Assembly: GCA_963924565.1 (NCBI GenBank)
Contig: OZ004611.1
Span: 25,606,001 to 25,670,000, forward strand
Length of the DNA stretch: 64,000 nt
Origin: Ascidiella aspersa
Taxonomy: Eukaryota
Direction of reading: 5' to 3'
Position 1 is the first letter of the stretch. The number at the start of each line of letters is the position of its first letter. The notes under the pieces were generated by a model that was not told the DNA's origin, ran no database searches, and saw only the letters and a list, made by a program, of their open reading frames with translations. Position numbers and translations under genes: made by a program. Positions 13,901-60,979 of this stretch are shown here, piece after piece.

Positions 13901-15721
13901 CTGATCGCTTGAACGACGTCAAGATGCGCTACGTGCACCGGAGCGCCAGCGACACGCCGAGCATGGAAAGGATGCCGTGGGAAGAAAACGACAACGGAAG
14001 CGCGTCAGAGGCGGAAATGGCCGCCCGCAACGCGGCGCTGGCGAGCAGGAGACGGTCGGGCAACAGAAAAGTGCGACGACTCACTGTGAAGGTACCAGTG
14101 TTGTAATGACAAATAACTCCGTCGCGTTACAGCTCATCGCATACTTCCTCGACGTCTAGATTTATTAATCTAATCTATAGTCTTTTATTTTGTACTTTTT
14201 ATTGTATAAGCTGGCTAACGCACTCTCGTTTTAATTAATTATTAACCCCTGAGGTCAGCTGGTATCTGCTTCCGAAACGTCGGTTATACTTCGTTTAAAT
14301 CAGAAGAATGATTTCTATCTATTGATATGTTGCCTGGTGGATCTAACTCTATGTTCATAAACATTGTTCCTAATAAATCGTTGTAGGCATTTTTAAGGAA
14401 GGTGTAGTTTTCAGTTGCGGCATACCATGAATATATTTAATATTAAAACCATTATTCTATCTCACATTGAAGAGATAGAGGATATTGATTAAAAATGGCC
14501 CAAAACGCACTTAAAAAGTCCAAACGCACTTAACAGCTTAGTTGTTGTATAGATGTTAATGATCACTAACAAACAGCCTCATTGACAAACCAATACTTGA
14601 ATTGCTAAACTGAGGACTGTTACTTAACACCAGAAAAGCAGTGTTTTTTAAATCTATTGAATCGCCGACTGAAGAAGTTTACATAGCTTAAATGATTGAG
14701 ATTGGTTTTAAACAACATTTACACAAAATGTATAAAAATTACCTAAGCAATACCAAGACAAGGCCCAAATTTATTACAAAATTATCCAATGTCATATAAA
14801 CAAACAAGGCCAACACCTAAAACGTTTTCTATAGTTTACCCTGCTAATTATTTATTCCTCTCGAAGCTGCCGCGGATGCCCGGGGTGAAACAGGAACGCC
14901 TGATCGCGCCACCAGCCACCCCAGTGACCGATTTCAACGAGCAGCAAGAAGAAGAGCAACTGCTCGAACGTCACGTGATCGCCAGCGGCCAATCAGATCT
15001 GCCGATTCCGATGCGGCTTTCGCGAAAGGACTTCGGATCCGAACTTCTGGCGAACAACGCCGCTGCCCAGAAGCCGTGGTACGGGATGCGTCCCCTGGTC
15101 AACGAGGATGCTAGAATCCTGAGGAGCGAGATGCGGCCGATCCCGGAGGAGGAAAAGCATCCGACGCTCACCGAGCAGCTGGTGCTAGCTCACGGGCAAC
15201 TCAAAAAGCGGAAGAAAAGCTGCGCGCAAAAGGAAATTCTCATCACACCGTTTTCCGTTAGAATCGAAGACAAGTCTTCCGAGGTGCCCTCTGCCAGCAA
15301 GCTAACCCGCAACGAATTTCGCAGCACCGTCACAAAGCCTTACACCTTCTCCTATATGGCGGCGGCCAATAAGAAGCAGAAAACTGCCAATCAGCTTTGC
15401 AATGAAAAACAGGCGAAATCGAAGCGGCCCGACGACTCCGGGTACATCAGCAGTTTCGTAGCTCAGTCGGACCAAACACTTGAGCCTCCTGCTGGCCCAC
15501 GTCATCACGGTGACGTCACGAATGGAAGAGCGAACCTTCTGAACTCCGCCGGCAGTTCGCTGAACAAGGGAAACGATTCGACGGAGATTTCCAACGGAGC
15601 GGAAGAAAAGGAAAAAACTGGAAAGAGGAGAAGGCGGATTAAGCTGGCCAGGGCACCACAGCAGCAACAACAACAGGAACCAGCACCGGTCAACCAACTC
15701 TTAGTACAAAGCGAAACTTGA
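7997..15721 (+). CDS. Uncharacterised low-complexity basic/Q-rich protein (~789 aa, 7 predicted coding exons)
   Basis: GC-rich exon blocks in one continuous frame: 7997-8152, 8716-8772, 10691-11098, 12165-12274, 12781-13295, 13823-14091, 14867-15721 (2370 nt). The last five exons have clear junctions. The first two exons and the 10691 acceptor are less certain. No domain recognised. Confidence 0.7.
9279..9606 (+). mobile_element. Foldback insertion with 13-bp TSD, nested hairpin and inactivated hammerhead
   Basis: TSD tgggatgtatcaa at 9279-9291 and 9594-9606. Outer arms ~9291-9317 and 9482-9508. Inner 31-bp hairpin at 9316-9386. CUcAUGA U GCCA CU UGGC GAAAUAUA at 9417-9442. Confidence 0.72.
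10305..10653. mobile_element. hAT (Buster/Charlie-type) MITE
   Basis: TIR catgggtgggcaaa / tttgcccacccctg. Perfect 8-bp TSD gaatagtc. Confidence 0.85.
13327..13545. mobile_element. MITE (tgcacac-rich); related copy at ~32013-32236
   Basis: TIR cagtctgca / tgcagactg flanked by the direct repeat actgttaaag. Confidence 0.7.
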
Positions 15722-17953
15722 CAAGGAGAGAGAGAGCAAGCAGCAATGCAGCGCTGTGGGGCTTTAACTGTTGTGTTGACATATTACTAGGAAACCGAAA
15801 TTATTAACCTGAAGTTTAAGTCATTTTGGGTAACTTACGCCTTAAAGACTAATGAGTTTTCCCAAAATGCGCCCAATGGAGTGATATTAGGAGTTTTACA
15901 GTCAGTGCCTTTCCAGTACGGTAACCAATACAAAAATATATAGTATTTGAGGTAGGCAAAACCTCGACTATATAAACTTTAGAACATTTAAACTAGGAAC
16001 ACCTGTGTTATAGCTCTAATCCTTTTTTAGCAAGTTTTGACATAGATAACCAGTAAATTTACTTAGCACCATAACCAATTTCAACAAGGTAAAAAATAAC
16101 GTGTTTCAAAACCCTTTATTGGGAACACCTATATGCTTTAGTTTCATGGCATATTTAAAAAATGAAAACTACCAAGCGATTTTTTCAAAGTTGATCTAGG
16201 AAAAACATGTTTGGGGACTAGTTTGGTGAAAGCAAACAGTTATCGTTCAATAATAATACGGTAAGAATCTTATGTTTTAAGAGGTGTTGGGGCTGATTGA
16301 CAGATGTAAATGTTATGTCAGGCCTAGACTGTCTGGTGAAACATTACTATATAGATTAATACTGCCCTGTTAACATTACATTATATGCGCGATACCTTTT
16401 GACCAAGGTTTTACTTTTCATTTTTCTCTATACATCGTTACGTTTTTTTTTTTTATCTGCAATCAATAGACCAGTGACGTTTTACAAGTTGATTTGTTGT
16501 ATTTACAAGAAAGATGTCGGGCTAACGTGTATGTTTGATTTAACGCAAACCACTTCGTGTATGTACAAATGTGCAGACTAGCAATCAAAAAGGTGCAAAC
16601 GAAATTACAGGTAATGTCAACCGGCGTCGCTACAACATTATACAAAGAAAATGCGGGTATAGCGCCTCAAATAATTAATCTCGTTTGGTGATCACTATTT
16701 AATGCAAACGGTTTACAATTTCGGCATTATAGCTGAAAAATCGACCTCTCCAAATTTGCCATATAGTGCACAAGACAGTTTATAATACTAAACCATGGAC
16801 TGTAAGTTTGCATAAGCGGATTTTCACAAAAAAACTATACACTACACTTACAGCAATATTTTACACATTTGCCACTCGATAGCGCTAACTTCGCCGTCCC
16901 AAGACAAATTAGAGAAAAGGTGTGAACAACATTATGCAATTTATAAAACACGATACAGAACTGTTACGTTGTTGGTGTTAATTGTGGTGTAATGGCTATG
17001 TATCTGTAAGTGCAGCGAAATGGCGTTTCAGTGAGAAACTGTATTTGTCTAACGCACACAGTATGGTATTAAGGACGGTAGAAATATATTTTTGGGAAAG
17101 CAAAGTAATAACTGTAGACAACCGGAAACACAGTATAATATTACACCATCCTTAAAAGTATCGGCCTAAAAATATAATGTTCATTGATTGCTAAAACATC
17201 GTGCAAAATTACCACTTGCGATTTCATTTAAAGGTAGTTAAAGAAGAAAAAACAACGATTTTCGGAGTTTACTCCACGTTTCGGGTAAAAATTTTGCTCG
17301 GCAACATTGTCGTTGTGCAAGTAGTCATTATTGTTCAAATCAAGATTGGCCGATTTAGGTAAAAATGCTTTTTTTTTTAGAAAAAAGAAATGCTTTAATG
17401 AGAAGTTTCAAAAAGCATATCGTGGAGACATGGTTGTAAAGCTGTTCAGGTTTCCTGAAACGACGGTTGAAAAAAAGAACTTTCCACAGCACTTGGGGAT
17501 GGATTTTTTGCATTTTTAGTTACTCCAGGTAGCACAGGTGCTAGGAAAAAAACTCGCAAGACGCGTAATTGCATTGAAAGTACAACAACATAATTAACAG
17601 TTGACCTTATGCGATAGACACTATATGTACAATTCGTATATAACGTCTAGAGAACATTTATCTGACACGATTTGTTAATGGTGTTCTGCTGCAATTAGAA
17701 AACACGAGCTTACTACCGCTAAGCTACAAATTACTATTTAGTACAGAGACTTGTTTTTGCATGATATAGCTTTAGTAAACATAGTGGGGTCCTTTTAGAC
17801 ACATAATTCCACCCTGAACGCTAGAAAATTGGGAGTACAATCGACTTACTACAATATCTACAATGGATAACAAGTCCCACTGACTTTTAGGGAGAATAAT
17901 CAAAATCACAGCCTCACAATGCTTCTATAAGTAAGTGCGTCTAGCAATTGGGA

Positions 17954-51849
<33,896 letters not shown>

Positions 51850-54816
51850 CTTAAAGCATGCCTAGAAGAAACTTATCTGAATACAAATTCAGGATTTGTT
51901 ACAAAGTATTTCAGGCATTCAACAAGTGGCTAGTTCAGAAATATGTTAGAATTTGGAAAAAAACAAGGCGCTGGACTAGAATCCTACCAAAGTTATTAAA
52001 TCAACACACAATATTTTGGCTAGGGTGCGAGTTAGCGCTTGGCTGTGAGTGAGGCGGGCTAAAAAATTTAGCACATTGTGCACCAAATGTGCAACCTGAA
52101 ATGTGCAATTTATGTGCACAAAATGTGCACTGATTGTCAAATGTTATGTGTAGGTCAACCACAACAAACATTATTTGGGTTAGTTAGGGTACATGTTAGC
52201 ATTTGGGTTTTGATAGGTTAAGTAATGTTATTAAATAATAAATTTTCACTAACGCACACACTAACTGAAACATTGTGCATTGCTTTATTAATTTTTTCAA
52301 TGATGTAATCTAAGGCGTAGTACAGTACAAGGTATTCCTTAGTTACAAACTAATTATATATCCGTTTACCGAACTTTGACGACCGGCTTATTGTTACACC
52401 AATAAAAAATGGATCGATTACCGAACTTCAAAGTTCAGTAACCGGTTGCTGGGCAAATAACCTTTTCCAAAACAGACTACTGTCACAAATGGTCGCTGGA
52501 CATCAGTCCTACGTTCAAATAATAAATATTAAATCAACACAATTTCAATTTAGGGGACTGGTTTTGTTACTGAACCTAAAAACGTGCTAAGATTCTAGAC
52601 CAACAGCCAAATTTGTGCTTAAATGAGACAGTTATGCTACTTTAATTTGCAATTTTATAGCAGAGGACTGATAACTTGAAAGTTTTGCATTAAGAGTACA
52701 AATATAAAACCCTTTAGCAAAGAGATAAGCCTTCAAAAAGTAATAAGGTTCTATAACTTAAAAATTACGATACTGTCGTATGATGAATTGCGTTTTATGT
52801 ACAACAATTATTAGATATCAAAGGATATAACAAGCAAGTTATTGGTGAAAGTCAACATCTCTAATTTGTTTAACAGTTACCAACGCCTAACAAAGTCTCA
52901 CAAATTTGGCAATATATCTAAAATAAAAGTTTTCCCCAAAGGTTAACAATGCAAAAAAAAACTTTATCAAACTACAGCCACGTGTACAGAAACCAAAAGC
53001 GTCCTAACAGCGAAATCTCGTGATAAGAACGTTTTTCTTTAAAATGCCGCTTTTAAAGTGATTGCACAACGCACTGAAAGTCCTGAGTCATGCCCGTCAA
53101 AGCTGTTTTCGACAGAGCCAAACCTAGTTCTGCCGTGAAATTCTGCGACGGTTTGCCTCCCTTTGATTTGGCGCAACTGAGTCGTCGCAATATTTCACGC
53201 GATTTAGTGGCGGAAGGAATTTTGCCGACTCATTGTTGGGACTTTACCGAAACATCTGACAAAGCAAATTTTCGCCGACAATGTTCTTCAAAAGCCGGCG
53301 TCTACAGTTAGATACCGGTATTCATTACTTAAACCTGTTCGTAAATGCAAACGCTTTGTCAATAATTAGTAATAGCCAAACTATTTTTTTAGGAAGTCTG
53401 TTATGACGGAAATATACTGCTAAAAGTTCATTAATCGAAACCGCTTTTCTCAATAACTGCCTTTGGTTGTTTTGTTTACTTAAACACCAGAACGAATTCT
53501 AGACTTCTATTTCACAATTTTTGCTAAATGTCTGTATGTTAAAAAAATATATACTGACGCTTAGGCTATGCTGCCTTCTTGAAAATTTACATTTTTCGGT
53601 TAAAGCCGAGTTTATCAAAATACAATGAACAGTGAGCACTCATATAAATTTTTATAAATCCAGCTATATGCTTTGTACTTGGGTTGAATAATTTTTCATG
53701 ATACTTTTTTTTCAGTTAATGAGCAATTTTTATCAATAAAAATGTAAAAAATTAGTTTAAATTGCTGTTTTAATTAAAAATACACTTTTGTTTATTACTA
53801 CAGTGACACGTAAATAAAAAGAGAATGAATTGTAAGTTTAGGTTTTTCTAGCCTTTTTACCGTAGCAAGATAACCAAAATACCTTTGGCTATATTATACA
53901 GTATACATCTGTATAATATATTTTTGCACATTCATATTGGTGTATGCCGAGAGGCACAGCAAAGCCGCACAACATTTCATTTCTTCTCCACGATTACCAG
54001 TTTCGAGGCCGATTTTAACTTGTAGCTGAAATGTTATTTCGAGACGAGATTCTTCGAGCTTTTATACTTCTTTAAAAGCTGACATGGTATATCTACACTG
54101 TCACTCTATAACAGAAAGTTCGACTTGAATGGAAATGAATCTATCTTTAGTAGCAAAAACAAACAAACACACCGGCACACACAAGAGTTCTGATCATTTG
54201 ACTTATTGTGTTTTAAGTTTGGAATATAAATTTAATGATATACAAGTCAGTAAAACAGCACAGTCATATGAATCACCATAAGCTCTGCGAAAGTATACCA
54301 CTTGGGGGTAAACCTGTAGGCCTACAGTGTAGCCTATTTGTTCAAAGACTACTGTCTGATACAGCGGAACATCCGTTCTAAGGCCATAATAGGCAAAAAC
54401 ACTGGCCGCCATGCATTGCTTGGCTTGTTCGACGACACGAATCGACGTTTAATCACGTTTATCCGTCACGACGTGTTTCGTGCAAACGATTTAGTCTATT
54501 TCATTCAATTAAAACGGGTAAACAATTGCTTTAAATTTACTTCAACCTATGATACGCTTGCAGAGTCGTTCATATTCGACATTCCACATAATTGCGCCAC
54601 TTAACCGAAATTGGCAATATCGCGGGAATATCCGAATATAAGATAGGTTGTTTTATGACTAATATATGTTTAGCCTATCAATGGACAAAGTTCAACTAAT
54701 AGACTTCCAAAAAAGGCAAGTTAAACCAATTTACTTTCTGACGTAATGTAGACAAATATCGGTGTAATGGTCGCTCTGCAAGTTAAATATTAAACAGGAC
54801 TTAACACTGTATAAAG

Positions 54817-55290
54817 CAGGGATACCCATTACCCAACCTTTTTACGTTCTCGTACCACTTGGACGCTCTGTACTGCCACGTGTACCACTTCTTGCAGAAC
54901 AACTAGTTTGATCGAATCATATTTTTATCTAATTTTACCTTACAACTAGCATTATTCAACGCTATTTGTGAATTAAGCTATAAATCAGTAGATTATATCT
55001 ATCAAGAGCAATCGTTTGACATAATTAACGCCAACTTTTCAACAGCGTTGTACGTTTTACAGAGCAACTGTGCTCCATGACGTGGCCTGTATTTTGAAGA
55101 TTGCATTGTTTTGAAACAAGAGGAATAGTTACGTAACAATAAGAGTTGTCTTTGGGGATTTATTTATATAAACAAAATATAAAGTTGTAAATCCATATTT
55201 TGTCAAAAAAACAGAAGCTACTCGCTTACCACCTGACAAACCTTCGCGTACCACTAGTGGTACGCGTACCACAGGTTGGGAACCCCTATG
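54817..55290. mobile_element. hAT (Buster/Charlie-type) MITE
   Basis: caggg...cccaacct / aggttgggaacccctatg termini, gtacca subterminal repeats, 8-bp TSD gtataaag. Confidence 0.8.
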
Positions 55291-56136
55291 GTATAAAGGA
55301 ATAACAGAATAAAATAGGATTGTCTAATGAACAACATACTTTATGCTAACAAAGACATAAGGGTCGAACAGTTCCGGACTTTTATAAACTAATCCGACAC
55401 ACCGAGAACTATTTTAAATTCTGAAAGGATGCAAAATATGCAATTATCAGGCAATGTCAATTTTATAAACTGTTGTTTCATACTCGTGGCCCGCTTTATA
55501 AGTATGGATTTGTTTATTCACAGTAGACAACACGTCGATCGCGAGCGAACGGTGATCGTCCAATCTCAGCTGGTCGATCCCATCGATTATGTGTCGGATT
55601 TCTAAAAAGAGCCTTCTTTAAGCAGTATTCATATGAATAGAACGAAAAACAGTCCAAAAACTGGGATAAACTCCAGCAGTACAAGTAGTTTAGTTATAGT
55701 ATGTACCTTTTTTCGTGGCGACCCAAATATTAAGCGTAAGTATGACGACTAAGCTTTGGCGACCCAATTGTTTTTTTTTTTGTAAGCAAAATAAAAAACT
55801 AGCTTATTGTAAGTGAACAAAAAATAGGCAATAGCATAAAGAATTTCGAATTTTAATAAATATTATAAGACATTATTTGCATTGCTTCCTTAATTTTCGT
55901 AATTAAAAAAAATTGCTCAGAACCAATCTCAATTATTATAAACATGTGGCTACTGCGGTCGACGGCCCAACCAAATCAAACAGCGACCCAATTTATCATC
56001 GAATATTACGTCATTGCAGTAACTGTCGCCCACATACGTGGAACATTAAAATTAATAATTGTTGTGTATTGCCAAGCCAAATGAAGCGTATTATGAAGTA
56101 CCAAATGATACTTCATCACTGGCTTGGAATGTAGGC

Positions 56137-56449
56137 CAGGTGTAGCCAATTTATGTTTGACTGCGATCGACTGAAATACTTTTTACAGACTCTCGATCGA
56201 CTGGTTTGTTAAAAAAGTCACAAGAATGTTTATTAAACATTTTGAGCGGTAATTGCATTCCAAGCCAGCCATGAATTTTAATTTATTACGTTAAAGAACG
56301 CTTTATTAGGCTGTCCAGACAACAATTGGTTATTTTAATATTCCGCTTGTGGGCGACAGCCAGTGCAATGACGTAATGTTCGATGCGATCGATCAGGTGA
56401 AATGTGGCGAGCGAACCGGTCGATCGCGATCGACGTGTTGGCTACCTTG
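56137..56449 (-). mobile_element. Non-autonomous derivative of the same hAT family, nested in reverse orientation
   Basis: 56137-56210 matches the reverse complement of the right end (58630-58704). 56376-56449 matches the reverse complement of the left end (55519-55590). Confidence 0.75.
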
Positions 56450-56576
56450 GGAGGCTTACAGCAGCTGTTGTGCTTTTCTAGTTTGATTGCTGCTGTGTGT
56501 TTTTGCCAGGTATTTTCAGCTTTAATACAGTCTACTCTTACATTTTTTGCAGCCTCATCAGAGCCTAATTTATATA

Positions 56577-58414
56577 ATGAGTGCTTTAAAGAGGAAGAAA
56601 ACGTATTTATATCATAAAGAATGGGAGCATGACTACTTCTGTGTTATGGTAAACGAGAACTGTACCTGTCTTATCTGCGAAGCTTCTCTTGCTTTGCCTA
56701 AGAAAGGAAACCTTAAAAGACACTTTATGACCCGCCATGCCAAATACAACGAGAGTTATCCTCTTGGAAGTGAAGCTAGGAAGTTGAAAGTATACGACCT
56801 TAAATCCAATTTGTGTGGAGAACAACATAGCCTAAAAAGGTTTTGTACTTCGTCAGGAAAATCTACTCTAGCTTCATTCAAAGCAAGTATTTCTTAGCAA
56901 AAAAAGGAAAATCATTTTCTGAAGGGGAAATGCTAAAAGAATGCTTTTTAGAAATTTCGGATAGCCTTTTTCAGGATTTCCGTAATAAAGGCAAAATTAA
57001 AAGTGCCATTAAAGACCTACAATTATCTACAAACACTGTATTGAGAAGAATAGAAAAAATGAGTGAGAATGTTACCCATCAAGTTTACAATGATTTTAAT
57101 AACTGTGTGTGTTTTTCATTACAATTTTGTGAGCCAACAGATATCCGAGGCACTGCACAAGTTATTGTCTTTATTCGAATGGTTTTTCATAATTGGAGCA
57201 TTAAAGAGGAATTGCTTGGCATAATACCTTTAAAAGAAAGGACAAAAGGCATCGATTTTTACAACGCATTTAAAACCTACTGCTTTGATATAAAGTTGCC
57301 TTTGCGGAAATTGGTGTCAATTACAACAGATGGAACAAAATCAATGGTAGAAAATACTAATGGATTCGTTGCCTTGTGTCGAAAGGATGATGATTTTCCT
57401 GGTTTCTGGCACTTCCACTGCATAATCCATCAACAAGTTTTATGGGGCAATCGGTTAAATACAGAAGAGATAATGAACATTGCTTTCAAAATCGCAAATT
57501 CTGTCAAAGCAAACGCCCTTCACCGACTTCTTTTCAAGCATGAATTTGAGGGACAAGAGTTAAACACAAACGTAAGATGGCTCAGTAGCAGCAAATTACT
57601 TCAAAGGTTTCGGGATCTACTGCCAGAAATAAAAGTTTTTCTTCAAAATAGATGTGACGACTATGCAAAGTTAGACGATTTAGTTTGGTTGAGCGATTTG
57701 GCCTTTCTGGCTGATTTCACTGGTAGATTAAGTGCCTTAAATTTGCAGTTACAAGGAAAGAGCAAACCAATCAGTGAACTGATCAGTGCTATTGGTGCTT
57801 TTAAGATGCAAATCCCCGCGTTGATCTCCGATCTTGAAGAAAAACGATTTAATTTTTTTCCAAACTGCAAAGACCATTTGCAAAATCATCCGAATAGTGA
57901 TTGGAACCCGGAGAAGTATGTTGCTGAAATGAACGTAGTTGCTGATGATTTATACGTTTGGTTTAGTGATTTTCAACAGATCGAAAAAATAGTTGAATAC
58001 GTATCATACCCGTTCAAATCTGGTTTAAACGTGTCTACTATTTCCCAACTACTAAGTGAAGTATTTTCATTGGATAGTGGTGCAGTGGAAATGGAAATGT
58101 TGGCATTGAAAGCTGACGTGTTCCTCAAGGTCCGTGCATCTGAAGACGATTTTTGGAAGTTTGTCGGTGCAAAATATTACAATATCAAAAAATGTGCGGA
58201 ATACGTGCATTCCTGTTTTGGTTCCACCTATTTGTGTGAATCTGCGTTTTCTTTTATGAACGTGATCAAAACAGAACAACGTACTGGGCTAAGCGACTGT
58301 CACTTGGGAAATTGTTTAAGACTGTCTTTTACGGGATACACGCCTGATTATGAACAGCTGGTGAACAATATGATGACTCAAACATCTCACCCAAAAAATA
58401 ATAATAAATTGTGA
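56577..58414 (+). pseudogene. Buster/SPIN-type hAT transposase (GTF2IRD2/EPM2AIP1-like) with a single frameshift near 56888
   Basis: ORF1 from ATG 56577 has a BED-like finger (CLIC...NLKRHFMTRH). ORF2 continues with KKGKSFSEGE, TTDG, HCIIH, VRWLS, FGSTYLCESAFS. The two frames join if one base is restored at ~56888. The first catalytic motif reads QFCEPTD instead of LDESTD. Confidence 0.9.
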
Positions 58415-59549
58415 ACGTTGAACAATATGATGAAACATCTCACTGACGAAATAATAAGTGAATGGTGGAACATTCTTTTCGTGTTGTTTGTTTCAAAGCG
58501 CAAAATAAACACCACTTAAAATTTCCCCTCAGGATGTTTAATAAATGGAAATATAAATTTACTTGCAGTAAAAGAGTCACAGAAAAAAGGTGCATTGTAT
58601 TGTGACGTTTGTTGCTTTGACTTTATTACCAAATTGGTCGATCGTGAGTCTTTCAACAAAAAAATTCAGTCGATCGCAATCAAAAATAAGTTGGCTACCC
58701 CCTGGATTGTAATATCGATACCAAATAATCTAAGCACCATTTAATCCGATACCAAATGACGTCACAATTATCGCCAGTTAATCAAAATATTGAAATCTAA
58801 AAGCACAAAGGGTTTGGTTCTAAAAGGTTCTAAAATAATTGGATGCTTTATTTGCCTAACTGTTTTCTGAGGAATTTACTTTGTAAAATAGTAAACACTA
58901 AGTTGGATTGCTAGCTAAATATTGTGTAAATGCGCAAACAAATACAGTAGGCTTACTGTTGCAGTACCGATATCGCGCCATTATTAAAAAATGTAAGTTA
59001 CGGACACTTATAAGATTAGTATCGCATGAATAAAGCTAAAAGATTTGGGGAATATATATTGAAACACGGTTGTTAAATTTCTTACTTTTTTAACTTTAAA
59101 GGGTTATCAATATCTAATTCAACAAGTGTTATTAATCAGACGATTAGTTATAGACCGATATTAATAGTATGCGGTAGTCTGCACGCTGAGAATTTAACGG
59201 CAGTAAAAAATATAATTTTCGCCATGACTAATATAATTTCCGCTAAGTTGCGCTAGAGTAAGATAAATAAACGGGCAAAATTTAAATGCGTTTAAGTGTA
59301 ATAAAAAATAAATAAATAAATGGATTTAAAACCAACATTTAAAGTTTTTTTTATAAAAATTGTTTTTTTCAGTTGGTTTCTAATTTAAAACTAAAAGTCA
59401 GTCTTATCCTGCTAAAAAATAAAAAAAATAGTAAAATTTATCAGCTTTTGTTCAACATTTGCCTTATGGATTTAAGTAGGAATAAAGTTTAAATCAAACA
59501 GATTCTTTAAATACAAAAAAAATAAAAAATAATTATAAAGTTACAAAAC

Positions 59550-59746
59550 AGAATATAAGGACGTAAAAAAAGCCCATACAAAAGTAGGCATTATCTTGAA
59601 CGTTTCGAATAACTCTTTATTCATTTTCAACATCTGAATTTTCAATATTCGAAACGTTCAAGATGATACCTACTTCTGTATGGGCTTTGATTCCTATTAC
59701 GTCTTACTACAACCTCCAACCATTATGCTCCAAAGAATATAAGGAC
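59550..59746 (+). mobile_element. Penelope-like foldback element (family B) with degenerate hammerhead
   Basis: 13-bp TSD agaatataaggac at 59550-59562 and 59734-59746. ~43-bp inverted arms at 59569-59611 and 59646-59688. Tail tactacaacctccaaccattatgctcc. Confidence 0.8.
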
Positions 59747-60979
59747 TTTACGTCGGGTGACGCGACAATTTTCAGGGATGACGTCACAGATTTACGTAAA
59801 AACGCGTTGTATTTTTATATTAAATAGACGAAAAATATCGCGTGCAACGTGAAAGAATGGTTTTGTACAAAAATATGCCCTTTGTATAGTCGGAAAAGCG
59901 TTTATTTAAGAGTGTGCGATCATACGTAGGGCGCTATCGGGGTAAACTTCTTTCAACAAAATGGCTAAGATACACTTAAAACATAATAAAAAATCATTTA
60001 CGAAGTTTAAATAGGCAGCAAATACATTTTGGGGGAGGGTATGGTCACGTGACCACATTTCCTACCGAATCAGCCCTGGCCAGCTTTTGGGGTATGCAAA
60101 TAGTAAATTTAAAATTCATTTTCACACTTCTGTAATGTAGTGAGAGGGTCATGCATAGAACAAATAGGTATTTTACATTTTCAGGAACAAATTAACTCAA
60201 CATTGAGCGCCGTTTGTTTCCGCAAAATTGAAACTAATTAGCATCAAAACAGTAAAGACTTTCTTGTCTCAGTCAAAATCAGTCACTGTTTTGCAACCAT
60301 TCGAAGTCATTGTCGTCATTAACGTGCATTAGGACGAGGAGATATCTTCATTTTTACATACTAAGTTTGCACTGTAATTAGCATCAATTGCTACTGACCC
60401 ATTTGTGATAAGTAGCCTAGGATACTTTTAATATACCGAAAAACGACCTTTAGGGCAAACATCCTGTTTTTACACAATGCTGCATACACACCTAAGTTGT
60501 ACAGTACTCACATGTGTATAAATGTTTCAGTGGGTCAAGTTAGGTAAATACATGTTTTTAAAAAGGATCTTTCATAACGGAAAGTTGCCACAAAAACAGC
60601 TAACCATAACAAATACAGGTAAAATAAGTTAGGTTATAGCATAAAACCGACACTTGGGTTAATATGTCGCACCCGTCACGCAGACACGAGTATAAATGCA
60701 GTTTTAATCAAATTATATAAAAAGTTCCAAACGAAGCTAGTGGATTTCAAGAGGCGGCGGGCTGGATGAATTACATCGGCGGGCCGGATCCAGCCCGTGG
60801 GCCGTAGATTGCCGACCACTGGTATATCGCATACCTATCTCGCCTTGCACCGATTAATTTTTTTTCGCTATGAAAACCAGCCGAAAAGCCGTTATCTCTC
60901 TTTACAGTGACGTAACAGGTACGTAGCAGGTATCGAACTGGTGACCTTTGGATCTTTGTCATGCGACCAAAACAAATCG

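Larger units (their letters stand above)
55519..58704 (+). mobile_element. hAT (Buster-like) DNA transposon, ~3.2 kb, with degenerate termini
   Basis: Left end cacagtagacaacacgtcgatcgcg; right end cagtcgatcgcaatcaaaaataagttggctaccccctg; subterminal cgatcg repeats; encloses the transposase. No clean TSD. Confidence 0.7.

Noticed and set aside
53134-53199. 17-bp imperfect inverted repeat upstream of ABCC
   Set aside because: Single occurrence with no TSD or recognisable family. It cannot be distinguished from chance or a decayed repeat.
56870-56900. Programmed ribosomal frameshift in the transposase
   Set aside because: No canonical slippery heptamer at the junction. A simple 1-bp deletion restores the expected hAT sequence.
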